From assembly GCF_964213995.1 (NCBI RefSeq), contig NC_135810.1, positions 88,040,001 through 88,104,000 on the forward strand: a stretch of DNA of 64,000 nucleotides, read 5' to 3'. This document shows, in pieces, positions 50,413-61,195 of this stretch. This DNA comes from Mustelus asterias. Its lineage: Eukaryota. Numbering within the stretch: position 1 is the first letter of the stretch; the number at the start of each line of letters is the position of its first letter. The position numbers were made by a program, and so were the translations under genes. The notes under the pieces are model-generated. The model was not told where the DNA came from and did no database searches. It saw only the letters and a program-made list of their open reading frames with translations.

Positions 50413-50541
50413 GGGGCGGGGTTTTATAGCCTCACTTGTCCAGAAACATTAAAATCACGCCCGAGGTCAACAGACCTTCCCATTGTCCACCCCTCGCCCA
50501 CTCCGATTCCCGTGGCGGACTGGGCGGTGAAATTCTGGCTT
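50413..50541. mobile_element. Short Harbinger-type MITE
   Basis: GGGGCGGGGTTTTA ... GGTGAAATTCTGGC. Confidence 0.5.
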
Positions 50542-50805
50542 TAGATTCTGATTCCCTGGTAAGTGTACCCTTCAGACCACATCGCTGAATAAAATGAAGC
50601 CAATTATTTTTGAAGGACTGTTTGTGGGAACTCGCTGTTGTAATTTGCCTGCAGTGTTTCAAATACAGCAATGAATGTGTTTGTAAAAACAGCTCAGAAG
50701 TAAAGCTATTCTTGGGCACAGTGATATATGAGTTGATTAAATGAGGCACACATTTTCCATGGCAGTACAACATTATGAAATTCCGAGTTGGTTTTCCTGG
50801 AAATA

Positions 50806-50835
50806 GCTCTCTCCCTCTCTCTCTCTCTCTCTCTC
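50806..50835. repeat. (CT)n microsatellite
   Basis: Directly visible. Confidence 0.9.
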
Positions 50836-51521
50836 CCAGACAGTTCCTCCATCCCGCTTTCTCTTTTTCTCACTCTCTCTTTCTCTGTCTTTCATTATCC
50901 AACATGCCCATTATCCAAACGCCTTTTTAACTCAGTCTATTTTAACTGATTGATTTACGATTGACTTCAGTCTTAATTGGAGTTAAATTCCATCTTCAGA
51001 TTAATTTGGGTGGGAATTATCGGCTGATCTTCCCCAACAGTTAGGCTGGAGGTGCCACTTATTTTAATCTGGTTTGGAATTAATTGGTGTTCAGTTCGAA
51101 GTGAGAAATGATTTTGATTCATTTCATGCGCTCCACAAATTTGGTGACAAGAAGGGAAGCCTGTTTAGCAGGCCCACTACATGTAAAAGCCCCACAAAGC
51201 TGCTATGTGGTAGGGAGCATCGAAACTGATCTGTTTATTTATTGGCTGAAGCCATTTTGACAAATTGTGCCTTCGGTTCTTGACAACAAGTAGCACCGCA
51301 TTGCACACAACATTTAAATTATTTTAAGTGCACTCCGAAAAGACTCTCAGAAACAAACATTTCAGCTTCCAAATGGAAAATGAAGGATTTAGTTTTATAA
51401 GTCAGTTCACACTGGGAGTTACCCAGAAATATGTAATACAAACCTCGCTAACTGAACATTCAGTATTCTCCGCTGTGAATTATACAGCGCCCAGCGTGAA
51501 ATGGGAGGACAATATATTGCT

Positions 51522-51875
51522 GGGGAGGCGATGGCCTAGTGGTATAATCGCTAGACTATTAATCTAGAAGTCAGCGAGTGGTATGGGGACCTGGGTTCGA
51601 ATCCCGCCATGGCAGATGATGGAATTTGAATTCAATAAAAAAAATCTGGAATTAAGAATCTACTCATGACCGTAAAACCATTGTCGGTTGTTGGAAAAAC
51701 CCATCTGGTTCACTATTGTCCTTTAGGGAAGGAAATCTTACCTGGTTTGGCCCTCATGTGACTCCAGAGACACAGCAAAATGGTTGACTCTCAACTGCCC
51801 TCTGAACAAGGGCAATCAGGGATGGGCAATAAATGCTGGCCAGCCAGTGATGCCATGTTCCACGAATGAATAAAA
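51522..51875 (+). mobile_element. SINE family 2, near full length
   Basis: GGGGAGGCGATGGCCTAGTGG...GGTTCGAATCCC...GGGATGGGCAATAAATGCTGGCCAGCCAG. Confidence 0.9.
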
Positions 51876-52385
51876 AACATATATTGCAGATCCATCTACA
51901 GTGTTGTGAGCACCAGAGTTTGATACCTTCATCAATGGACCAGCATAGTGCATCCCAATGAAATAGTGTAAATATATGTTTAGCACATTGGAGTGCATAT
52001 CATTGTCAGGACATGTGCCCCCTTCAGTGTATATTGTTGCTGGTGATCACCACAGGGAACAGCACCATTATTTCCACTGATTTGAAGTATCCAATCAAAC
52101 CAAAGCATTTTTTGCCACTACTTGCTTTGCCAATGGCGCACTCGGCTATATTTTAGAATGCCAATTACAGCTATAAAACAGTATTACTGCACTAAAACGC
52201 CAATTTAAAAGGATTAACGTGAATATATAACTGATTTGACAATTTATTGTTCCATTGGCCTGTAGGCTTGTAAACCACAACCTCCGATATATGCCAAATC
52301 TTACAACGCAGGAGGTCATTTGGGCCCATCATGCCTGTGTTGTCTCTTTGAGAGAACTAACCAATTAGCTCCACTCTCCGCGTTT

Positions 52386-52686
52386 TGCGCGATTAAATCA
52401 CACGGGAGTCTAGATTACCCGGGAAATAAAGGCTTTTATTACTAACAAGAATGGAGCCACTATATACAATACAATCCCAGACTAAAGGGTCACCAGGCAG
52501 TGCGGTGACCTTTATACTTCCCCAGGTAGGCGGAGCCAACTGGAGTGTACCACAGAACAATATCAACAGGTAGAACAGCCCAACCCTAACCCCAACAGTG
52601 ACAACAGTAACATATCTACAAACACCCATAGTGCTGACCAACCATGGCTCAGCACTCCTAGTGGTAACCGACTATGGTTCACCACA
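52386..52686 (-). repeat. 3' LTR, preceded on the minus strand by polypurine tract AAAGGAGGGGTGAA (52687-52700)
   Basis: Direct repeat of 56796-57099. Confidence 0.97.
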
Positions 52687-52750
52687 TTCACCCCTCCTTT
52701 AAAACAAAGGCCGGCGGGGCAAAAAAAAAACAGAACAACTGTTCATATCT

Positions 52751-55700
52751 TTACAAGTTCAGTCGTTTTGGGGGACCGCACCGTCTCTGCGACCTCCTCA
52801 ACATTGGCGATAACGCCGGTTCAGGTAACCGTGGTGACCTTCTCTCCAAGGCGGTGTCCAGTGACTCCTCCAGTTCCTCACGGACAGGTGGACCACGAGA
52901 TGGCGACAATCTGCTGGACTCGAGCACGCCTCGAGGTGGCGACAATCTCCTGGACTCAGGCAAGCTGTACACGGGAGTAATAGGATTAAGTGGTGGTCCC
53001 GATACTGCCCGCGCCGTGTCAGGAGGGGAGATAAGGGTCAGGGGGTCCCTAACTAGGGGTGTGGGAGCGACTGGGGTTTCCAAGTCCCCTGCAGGCGCCA
53101 GATCTCTAATAGAGACCGTGTCCTCTCGCCCGTCAGGATATGCCACATAGGCATATTGAGGGTTGGCGTGGAGGAGATGGACCTGTTCAACCAAAGGGTC
53201 AGACTTGCGGGTCCTAACATGCCGCCGCAGGAGGACAGGTCCTGAGTACATCAACCAAGACGGTAATTAGGTCCCAGAGGAAGACTTCCTAGGGAAGGAA
53301 AACATCCTCTCATGAGGGGTAGCGTTGGTTGCCGTACACAGGAGTGAGCGGATGGAATGGAGCGCCTCAGGGAGTACCTCTTGCCAACGGGAGACTGGAA
53401 GACCTTTAGACCTCAACGCCAGTAAGACAGCCTTCCAGACTGTAGCATTTTCTCGTTCAACCTGTCCGTTACCCCTAGGGTTGTAGCTCGTAGTTCTACT
53501 TGAGGCAATCCCATTTGAGAGCAGGTATTGCCTCAAGTCGTCACTCATGAATGACGAGCCCCTATCACTGTGGATATAGCTGGGGTAACCGAACAGGGTG
53601 AAAAGATCCCGTAATGCTTTGATAACCGTGGCAGCGGTCATATCAGAACAGGGAATGACAAAAGGGAATCGTGAGTACTCGTCAATCACATTGAGGAAGT
53701 ACACGTTCCGATTTGTCGAGGTCCACACTCAGTCTTTCAAAAGGGCGAGTGGCCTTAATGAGGTATGCCCTGTCAGGTCGGTAGAAGTGCGGTTTGCATT
53801 CCGCGCATACCTGGCAGCTTCTGGTTATGGACCTGACATCTTCCACCGAGTAGGGTAGATTCCGGGCCTTTATGAAATGGAAGAGCCGAGTGACCCCCGG
53901 ATGGCAGAGATCATTGTGGAGAGCCTGTAATCGATTCTCCTGCACACTTGCACATGTTCCACGCGACAGGGCGTCTGAGGGCTCATTGAGCTTCCCTGGA
54001 CAGTACATGATATGATAATTGTAGGTGGAGAGTTCGATTCTCCACCTCAAGATTTTATCATTTTTGATCTTACCCCGTAATGTGTTGTTGAACATGAACG
54101 CCATGACTGCTGGTCCGTGAGCAGAGTGAATCGTTTTCCCGCCAACTAATGGCGCCAATACCGAACGGCCTCCACAATGGCCTGGGCCTCTTTTTCCACC
54201 GCAGAGTGCTGAATTTCAGGGCCTTGGAGGGTGCGAGAGAAAAAGGCGACGGGCCTGCCCGCCTGGTTAAGTGTGGCGGCCAGGGCGAAATCAGATGCAT
54301 CACTCTCCACCTGGAAGGGGATGGACTCATCAATAGCGTGCATCGTGGCTTTCGTGATGTCGGCTTTTATCCCTGCAAAGGCTAAGCGAGCCTCTGTTGC
54401 TAGGGGAAAGGAGGTAGACTTGATGAGCGGACGGGCTTTGTCCGCATAATTGGGAACCCACTGTGCATAGTATGAAAAGAAGCCTAAGCATCTTCTCAGT
54501 GCTTTGATGCTCGTGGGCAGGGGAAGTTCAAGGAGGGGACGCATACGGTCTGGATCAGGGCCAAGGACCCCGTTTTCCACCACGTATTCGAGAATTGCTA
54601 GGCGGCGCTTGCAAAATACACACTTCTCCCTGTTGTAGGTCAGATTCAGGCGAGATGCAGTGCGTAAAAATCTAAGGAGGTTGGCATCGTGGTCCTGCTG
54701 GTCATGGCCGCAGATAGTGACGTTATCCAGGTACGGGAAGGTAGCCTGCAGCCCGTTCTGGTCCACCATTCGGTCCATAGCACGCTGGAATACCGAGACC
54801 CCATTCGTGACACCAAAGGGAACCCTTAAAAAATGGTACAGACGACCATCCGCCTCAAAGGCCGTGTATTTTCGGTCCTCTGGGTGAATGGGGAGCTGGT
54901 GGTAAGCTGACTTCAAGTCAATGGTGGAGAACACCCGGTACTGCGCAATCTGATTGACCATGTCAGATATGCACGGGAGAGGGTACGCATCCAGCTGCAT
55001 GTATCTATTAATGGTCTGACTATAGTCTATGACCATCCGGGGTTTGTTCCCATTTTTAACCACCACTACTTGCGCTCTCCATGGACTAGAGCTAGGTTGG
55101 ACGATCCCTTCCCTGAGGAGCCGCTGAACTTCAGATCGAATGAAGATCCGATCCTCAGCGCTGTAATGCCTGCTCTTTGTTGCGATGGGCTTTCAGCCTG
55201 GCACGAGATTCTCGAATAGAGAGGGTGGGGTGATTCTGAGTGTCGAGAGGCTACACATGGAGCGCGCTGGGCAATTTGGAGGCTGCTGTGCTCCCACTGA
55301 AAGTGGAGGGAGTGGCCCATCATACTGCAGCGTTACACTCTTCGGGTGGACCATAAAGTCTAGTCCCAGGAGTATCGGAGCGCAAAGGTGCGGTAACACA
55401 AGGAGCCTGAAGTTCTCGTAAACCATGCCCCGCACCGTCAGGTTGGCCACGCAGCTCCCTAGCACGGTGACAGACCGGGACCTCGACGCCATCGAAATTG
55501 TCTGCCTGACAGTCCGTACCCAGAGACCGCACTGTTTCACGGTGTCAGGGTGAATGAAGCTCTCCGTGCTCCCGCTGTCAAACAAACAATGAATCTGGCG
55601 TCCATTTACCTCTATGCCCATCATGGACTTGTTGAGTCTGTGAGGCTTGGCCTGGTCCAGGATGATTGACGCCACCGTTGGGTCTTGGGTGCAACTGCAG

Positions 55701-56760
55701 GCAGCTGAGATGGTTGATGATGATGATGACCCCTGCTGGTCGTCTGCGGTCGGTGCCGACCAACATGGCTGCCCCCATAGGTCGCACATGGTCGATGGCG
55801 CTAAAAGTGGCGGCCTCTGCAGGTCGCACGTGTCTTGCGACTCCGTCATCAGGAATGGCGGCGCTCTGGAATCGCACATGGCGGAAGACCTCGAAGACGC
55901 TGGAGAGAAGAAGACAGGCTCCGGAGAATCACACGCCGCGCTATGTTTGGAGAGTGGTTTGGTCCTGCAGACTTTGGCATAATGCCCTTTCTTTCCGCAG
56001 GCGGAGCACAATACCATTCTAGCTGGACATCGCTGCCGAGGGTGTTTCGCCCCTCCACAGAAGTAACACCGCGGGCCTCCTGGAGCTGCCGCCGTCTTCA
56101 GGTCCGAGGTTGGAAACACAATCGCGCAGTTTTTCAGAGCCACTGAATAAAGTTGAGTCGGTGGCTGTACATGCCACGATGTTCCCACGTGGTCGGCGGG
56201 GTACATCTTTAGACTTTTGGAGGCCGTTTCCAGAGCGTCAGCCAATTCTACCGTTTTAGTGAGGTCTAGATTACCTTGCTCTAACAGCCGAAGGCGAATG
56301 TACGACGAGCCAATTCCCGCCACAAACGCATCTCGGACCAAGTCGCTCATATACTGGGCCGCCGACACTGGCTTGCAGTTGCAGGCTCTGGCTAGCTGCT
56401 GAAGTTCACACAGGTACTGTTCCGTCGTTTCGACGGGCTGCCGCCGTCGCGTGGCTAGAAGGTGTCGAGCATGGATCTCGTTTGGCGGTTTGTTGTACCG
56501 CTTCTCGAGAAGTTCGATGGCCCCTTTGTAGTCTTGGGCATCGCGGATTGATAAGTATATGGTGTCGCTTGCCCTCGCGTGGAGGACCCGCAGTCTGTTG
56601 GCGACGTTTTGAGGTCCCGCAGTCTGTCGGCGTCGTTTTGAACGGCTGTTGAGGCATCGATGTAGTCTTGGAAACACTTTAACCAATGGTCGAAAGTGTT
56701 CGACGCTCCTGCCGCACGTGGATCTAACGTAAGCCGCTCGGGTTTCAACATTTGCTCCAT
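52751..56760 (-). pseudogene. gag-pol polyprotein pseudogene of the Gypsy element
   Basis: ATG at 56760; twin zinc knuckle CYFCGGAKHPRQRC..CSACGKKGHYAKVC; protease LFDSGS; RT IDLKSAYHQ and YLDNV; RNase H ESDAS..EKEAQA; integrase HHCC, SDRG..F, NGQVER. Premature stops at about 55193, 54146 and 53267; frameshifts at about 56610, 54110 and 53725. Confidence 0.95.
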
Positions 56761-56795
56761 GGTTTAAAAAAAATTTTTGTTAGTAATAAAATTGA

Positions 56796-57099
56796 TGCGC
56801 GATTAAATCACTCGGGAGGCTAGATTGTACCCGGGAAATAAAGGCTTTTATTACTAACAAGAATGGAGCACACTATATACAATACAATCCCAGACTAAAG
56901 GGTCACCAGGCAGTGCGGTGACCTTTATACTTCCCCAGGTAGGCGGAGCCAACTGGAGTGTACCACAGAACAATATCAACAGGTAGAACAGCCCAACCCT
57001 AACCCCAACAGTAACTACAGTAACATATCTACAAACACCCATAGTGCTGACCAACCATGGCTCAGCACTCCTAGTGGTAACCAACTATGGTTCACCACA
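56796..57099 (-). repeat. 5' LTR with TATA (GTATAAAGG, about 56922-56930) and AATAAA (56847-56852)
   Basis: Direct repeat of 52386-52686; immediately upstream of the gag ATG. Confidence 0.97.
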
Positions 57100-57179
57100 C
57101 CGCGTTTTCCCCATAAACCTGTAAATGTTTCCTAGATGATATTTTTGTGAGCTGATATTGATTGAACAATGAAGCATCT

Positions 57180-57585
57180 GTTTCTCTTCCTTTAGTTCTT
57201 TCTCTCTCACTTCTGTCTTCCATTATCCCTCTCTCTCCACCATTCTGTCCCTCTCTGTCTTCCAGATTCCTTATTAATTTCTGCATTTAAAGGTTTAATT
57301 TAAGATAAGGTGGTACACGGTAATAAATAGGCTGCTAATTTAAGTGGCGGAAGATGGGTGAAGGATTGGACCCCATCCCTCTCTTGCTACTTCCAGTTCT
57401 GTGTGTCCACCTTGCTATGAGCTGTGGGAGGAATTGGTTGTTTGCCTGGGGCCTTTTCTTGTTGGTGAGCGCATGTGTAGAGCCTGTGAATGTTCTTTGC
57501 TTTGAGTTATGCAGTAATGCTCATCTCTCTGGTATGCTGATCAATGAATACCCCACAGATAATATCACCGAGTCTGATCTGAAAA
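57180..57585 (-). mobile_element. Old repeat unit A, possibly a Tx1/L1-clade LINE 3' end next to a CT-rich tract
   Basis: Clearly homologous to 58310-58703; minus-strand peptides IICGVFIDQHT and AHSKV, then TAA. Confidence 0.4.
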
Positions 57586-57744
57586 TATAATCATGGTTAA
57601 GTGTAGAAGCCTGCTGCGTGCAATTTGCCAGCGAAACTTGCTACATAACAAGGACAATAATGTTTTAAATATAACTTATGAGTAATTAAGCTACAGTTGG
57701 ACAATGGTATAGATCTGTGGATGAACACACAGGACCAACACACA

Positions 57745-57850
57745 GGGTGGAATTTTCCTGTCCTGCCCGCCACGCGGACCATGCAAAGATCCTTTGACCT
57801 CGAGCGAGATTTTCCGGCATTGGGGAGAGCGCAGCAGGAAAATCCCACCC
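57745..57850. mobile_element. 106-bp Harbinger-type MITE
   Basis: TIRs GGGTGGAATTTTCCTG / CAGGAAAATCCCACCC with a perfect 3-bp TSD ACA. Confidence 0.85.
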
Positions 57851-58309
57851 ACAATTTCAATTTGGCTCCATAATTTGTGGTCCCTGGGGGTATGAGTGGG
57901 GGGAGGGGGGGTTGCGGTGGTGTGCAATCCTTTCGTTATATTCCGACTGCCATCAGCTGTTCAAATGTTAACAAACACGGCGCCAAAACAATTCACACGA
58001 CTGGTTAAAGCGGGAAGATTTTATTTAATTTCATAACAAACTCCTGAAAATGTCTGTGAGACTGCAGCAAAAGCTATTTATACTATTGTTCACATTTTGA
58101 AAAATCATTTTGGAAAAGTACGATTTTTGACTATTGAACCCAAATAGTTTATTTTCACCAATATATTTTTTAAGTATTTCTCTGGTGACTGGGTGGACAA
58201 CTGCTGCGTGATAAGCTCTTAAGTTCCAATTACTGTCTGCAACAAGTTTGCACAAAACCAGCCGCTATTCCAACTCCTCATTAGGTTGGTGTTCCGGATG
58301 GATCTGTTC

Positions 58310-58703
58310 AAACCATCTATTCTATCCATCTCTCTCCCCTCCCCTCTCTTCCTTTCTTTCTCTCTATCGTTCCTGCTTTCAGATTGTTTTTTAAAATTAT
58401 TTAAATGTTTAATTTAGAAATGCGACACACATGAATGTAATGTGTTGTTATTTTAAGTGATGGAGGGTGGGTCGAGAGTTGGATCCCATTTCCTTCTTGA
58501 TACTTCCAGCTCTGTGCATCCACGTACGTTCTGATCTGTGGAGAGAAATATTCTGTTTACCTCGAACCTGTTGTTGTCAGCGGGTACAGTCTGTGAGCGT
58601 GGTCAGGCTTGAGATGCTAATGTTGCAGTGATGCTCATCACTCTGATAGTCTGATCAACCAATACCCCTGAGATAATATTACTGAAAAGATTTGACCTGA
58701 ACA
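58310..58703 (-). mobile_element. Old repeat unit B, paralogue of 57180-57585
   Basis: Shared blocks TACTTCCAG.TCTGTG, TGCAGT.ATGCTCATC.CTCTG, AATACCCC..AGATAATAT. Confidence 0.4.
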
Positions 58704-59831
58704 TCTTCCAGTGGCTGTTTGTGAGACCCTATTATATGCATTTTCCCTGCTGAGGCTGCTACATAATAACACGAATTTGGCGAGGTATGTGGTGGGGCGG
58801 TGTGGGTTTTGGGTGTGTGTTGGGGATCTGAGGGGTGTCCAGAAATGAAGGTGAGTGTGGGTCCCCACAAAGTGTAAGTCTGCCCCTGGCTATAGGACCC
58901 TGTGCACACCCTTTCACATCAAACGATTCACTGCATGGGGCCAGAAGGAACTCCAGCAGAATTGAAGTCAGTTGGAATCGGGTGGGGAGGGGGGTGGGGT
59001 TTAGTCATCCCTAGCACAAAGGAAGATAGTTGTGGCTGTTGGAAGCCAATCATCTCAGCGTAGCACATCGCTGAAGGAGTTCTTCGGGGTAGCTTCCTAA
59101 ATTAAACCATCTTCAACTGCTTCATCAATGACCTTCCTTCCACCATAAGGTTAGAGGTGGGGATGCTGATTGATGATTGCACAGTGATTAGCATCATTCC
59201 CAATCCCTCCGATATTGAGTTTCTAATTCAAATTTCTACCCATCTGCCCAAAACTCATTCAGAGTTCCAAATCGAGCTTTGAATTTTTGCATTCTGCTGC
59301 GAATTATGAGCTTTGACCTGTGTGAAACATGTCACATACGGACAAGTTATTCCTGCTATTAAAAAATATATGATGTAGCATTATATTTATTCTTTAATTT
59401 TCTTCTATTGCACTCTTATGTTAAAATATTAAATTCCTCACCCAATTTTCTTTCAAAGTGAGCGACTGTGGTTACATAGGTAAGCGAAGTCAACTTTACC
59501 CATTAACAATTCCTATAATTAGTATCTTTACCAACCTATTAAATCATTCCAAAGTGTTTATTCTACTCCATAAGTTATGAAGCTTTAACTGTTTGCTAAT
59601 ACTTTTAATTAAAGTAACACAATACGCACTCTAAAATTAGTGGCCAAAATTAACTTTTTGAACATGTACTCTTCTCTCACCGAGTTTTGTTTGCCCAAAT
59701 ACCTCCTTGCCTTCCAAAATGGATCATGTTCTGTGTTTTTTTTTCTCAGTAAATTGAGCTTCAGGGTTCAAAATCCTGCCTCAATGTTCAGAACCATGTG
59801 GGGGTTAAAATGTATATCCTTCTAATAATAT

Positions 59832-60126
59832 AGGAGGTAGCACAGTGGTTAGCACTGCTGTCTCACAGTGCCAGGGACCCGGGTTCAATTCTGGCCTCGG
59901 GTGACTGTCTGTGTGGAGTTTGCACATTCTCCCCATATCTGCGTGGGTTTCCTCGGGTGCTTCAGTTTCTATCCACACTCCAAAGAGGTGCGGGTTAGGT
60001 GGATTGGTCATGCTAAATTGCCCCTTAGTGTCAGGGAATTAGCAAGGTAAATATATGGGGATAGGGCCTGCGATGCAGACTTGCTGGGCTCAATGGCCTC
60101 CTTCTGCACTGTAGAGATTCTATGAT
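59832..60126 (+). mobile_element. V-SINE (HE1-like)
   Basis: SINE consensus. Confidence 0.9.
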
Positions 60127-60469
60127 TTCAAACTTGGCATCTCAGTTTTGGAATAGCATAATAAAAATATCAATTTATTGCCATCCAGTCCTTCCCATAA
60201 TATGCTCTATGTTTTTAATGTCCCTTTCCTGATTCCCTGCTCATTTTCATTTTTGCGCGCATTCCTCTGAGAGAATCATGCAGGAAGGTCATAATCCAAA
60301 CACTGTTTCTCTGCGATAAACCATTTCCTCATTTTCCCTCATCCCTTCTTCATTGCTCCTAACACCAAATGTGAAAAGCTTGTTCATCAATTCAGATCAT
60401 CCGTGCAATGATCTCATGCTCCCACTCTCACCTCTACTTTCCTGGCTAATACTAGCCCCTCATTCACCG

Positions 60470-61195
60470 AGGAGGCAGTGGTGTAGTGGTAGTTTCACCT
60501 GGGGAATGCTCTGGGGATCTGGGTTTGAATCCCACCACGGCAGATAATGAAATTTGATTTATTATTGTCGCATGTGTTGGGATAGAGTGAAATGTATTGT
60601 TTCTTGCCCACCATACAAACAAAACATACCGCTCATAGGGTACATAGGGGAGAAGGAAAGGATAGGGCGCAGGATAAAATGTTGCAGTTACAGATAGGGT
60701 GTAGAGAAAGACATTAATAAATGATAGGTCCATTCAAAAGTCTGGTGGCAGCAGGAAAGAAACTGTTCTTCAATTGGTTGGTATGTGTTTTCAGACTTTT
60801 GTATCTTTTTCCCGATTGAAGAAGGTAGAAGAGAGAATGTCTGGGATGCGTGAGGTCCTTGATTATGCTGGCTGCTTTTCCGAGGTAGTGGGAAATGTAG
60901 ACGAAGTCGATGAATGGGAGGTGGTTTACATGATGGCCTGGGCTACATTCACAACATTAAAAATAAAATACATCTGGAATTAAAAGTCTCATGATGACCA
61001 TGAAATGATTGTCGCTAAAACCAATCTGGTTCATTGATGCCCCTTTAGGGAAGGAAATCTGCCATCCTTACCTGCTCTGGCCTACATGTGACTCCAGATC
61101 CACAGCAAAGTGGTTGGCTCTTGAAGTGTCATCCTCTTTAAGGGCAATAAAGGATGGGCATAACCAGAAATGCCTGCATCCTGTCAACAAATTTT
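60470..61195 (+). mobile_element. SINE family 2 interrupted by a Rex1/Babar-like fragment
   Basis: Head at 60470-60552; body resumes at about 60958. Confidence 0.8.
60553..60955 (-). mobile_element. Rex1/Babar-like LINE 3' fragment
   Basis: Minus translation TNQLKNSFFPAATRLLNG; tail AATAAATCAAAT. Confidence 0.8.

Larger units (their letters stand above)
52386..57099 (-). mobile_element. Full-length but disabled Ty3/Gypsy LTR retrotransposon
   Basis: TG...CA LTRs of 304 and 301 bp (about 5 substitutions and 2 indels), polypurine tract (PPT), gag-PR-RT-RH-IN order, and flanking direct repeat CCGCGTTT. Inserted into an old CR1 tail. Confidence 0.98.

Noticed and set aside
52580-52597. Telomere-like CCCTAA in the LTRs
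   Set aside because: A single perfect unit; expected by chance.
52674-53150. 158-aa antisense ORF in the Gypsy 3' region, considered as an accessory or env gene
   Set aside because: It shadows the Pro/Ser-rich integrase tail, with no signal peptide or transmembrane segment.
57341-57582. C/D-box snoRNA or scaRNA reading of the tandem units (terminal CTGA)
   Set aside because: No canonical RTGATGA C box or terminal stem shared by both copies.
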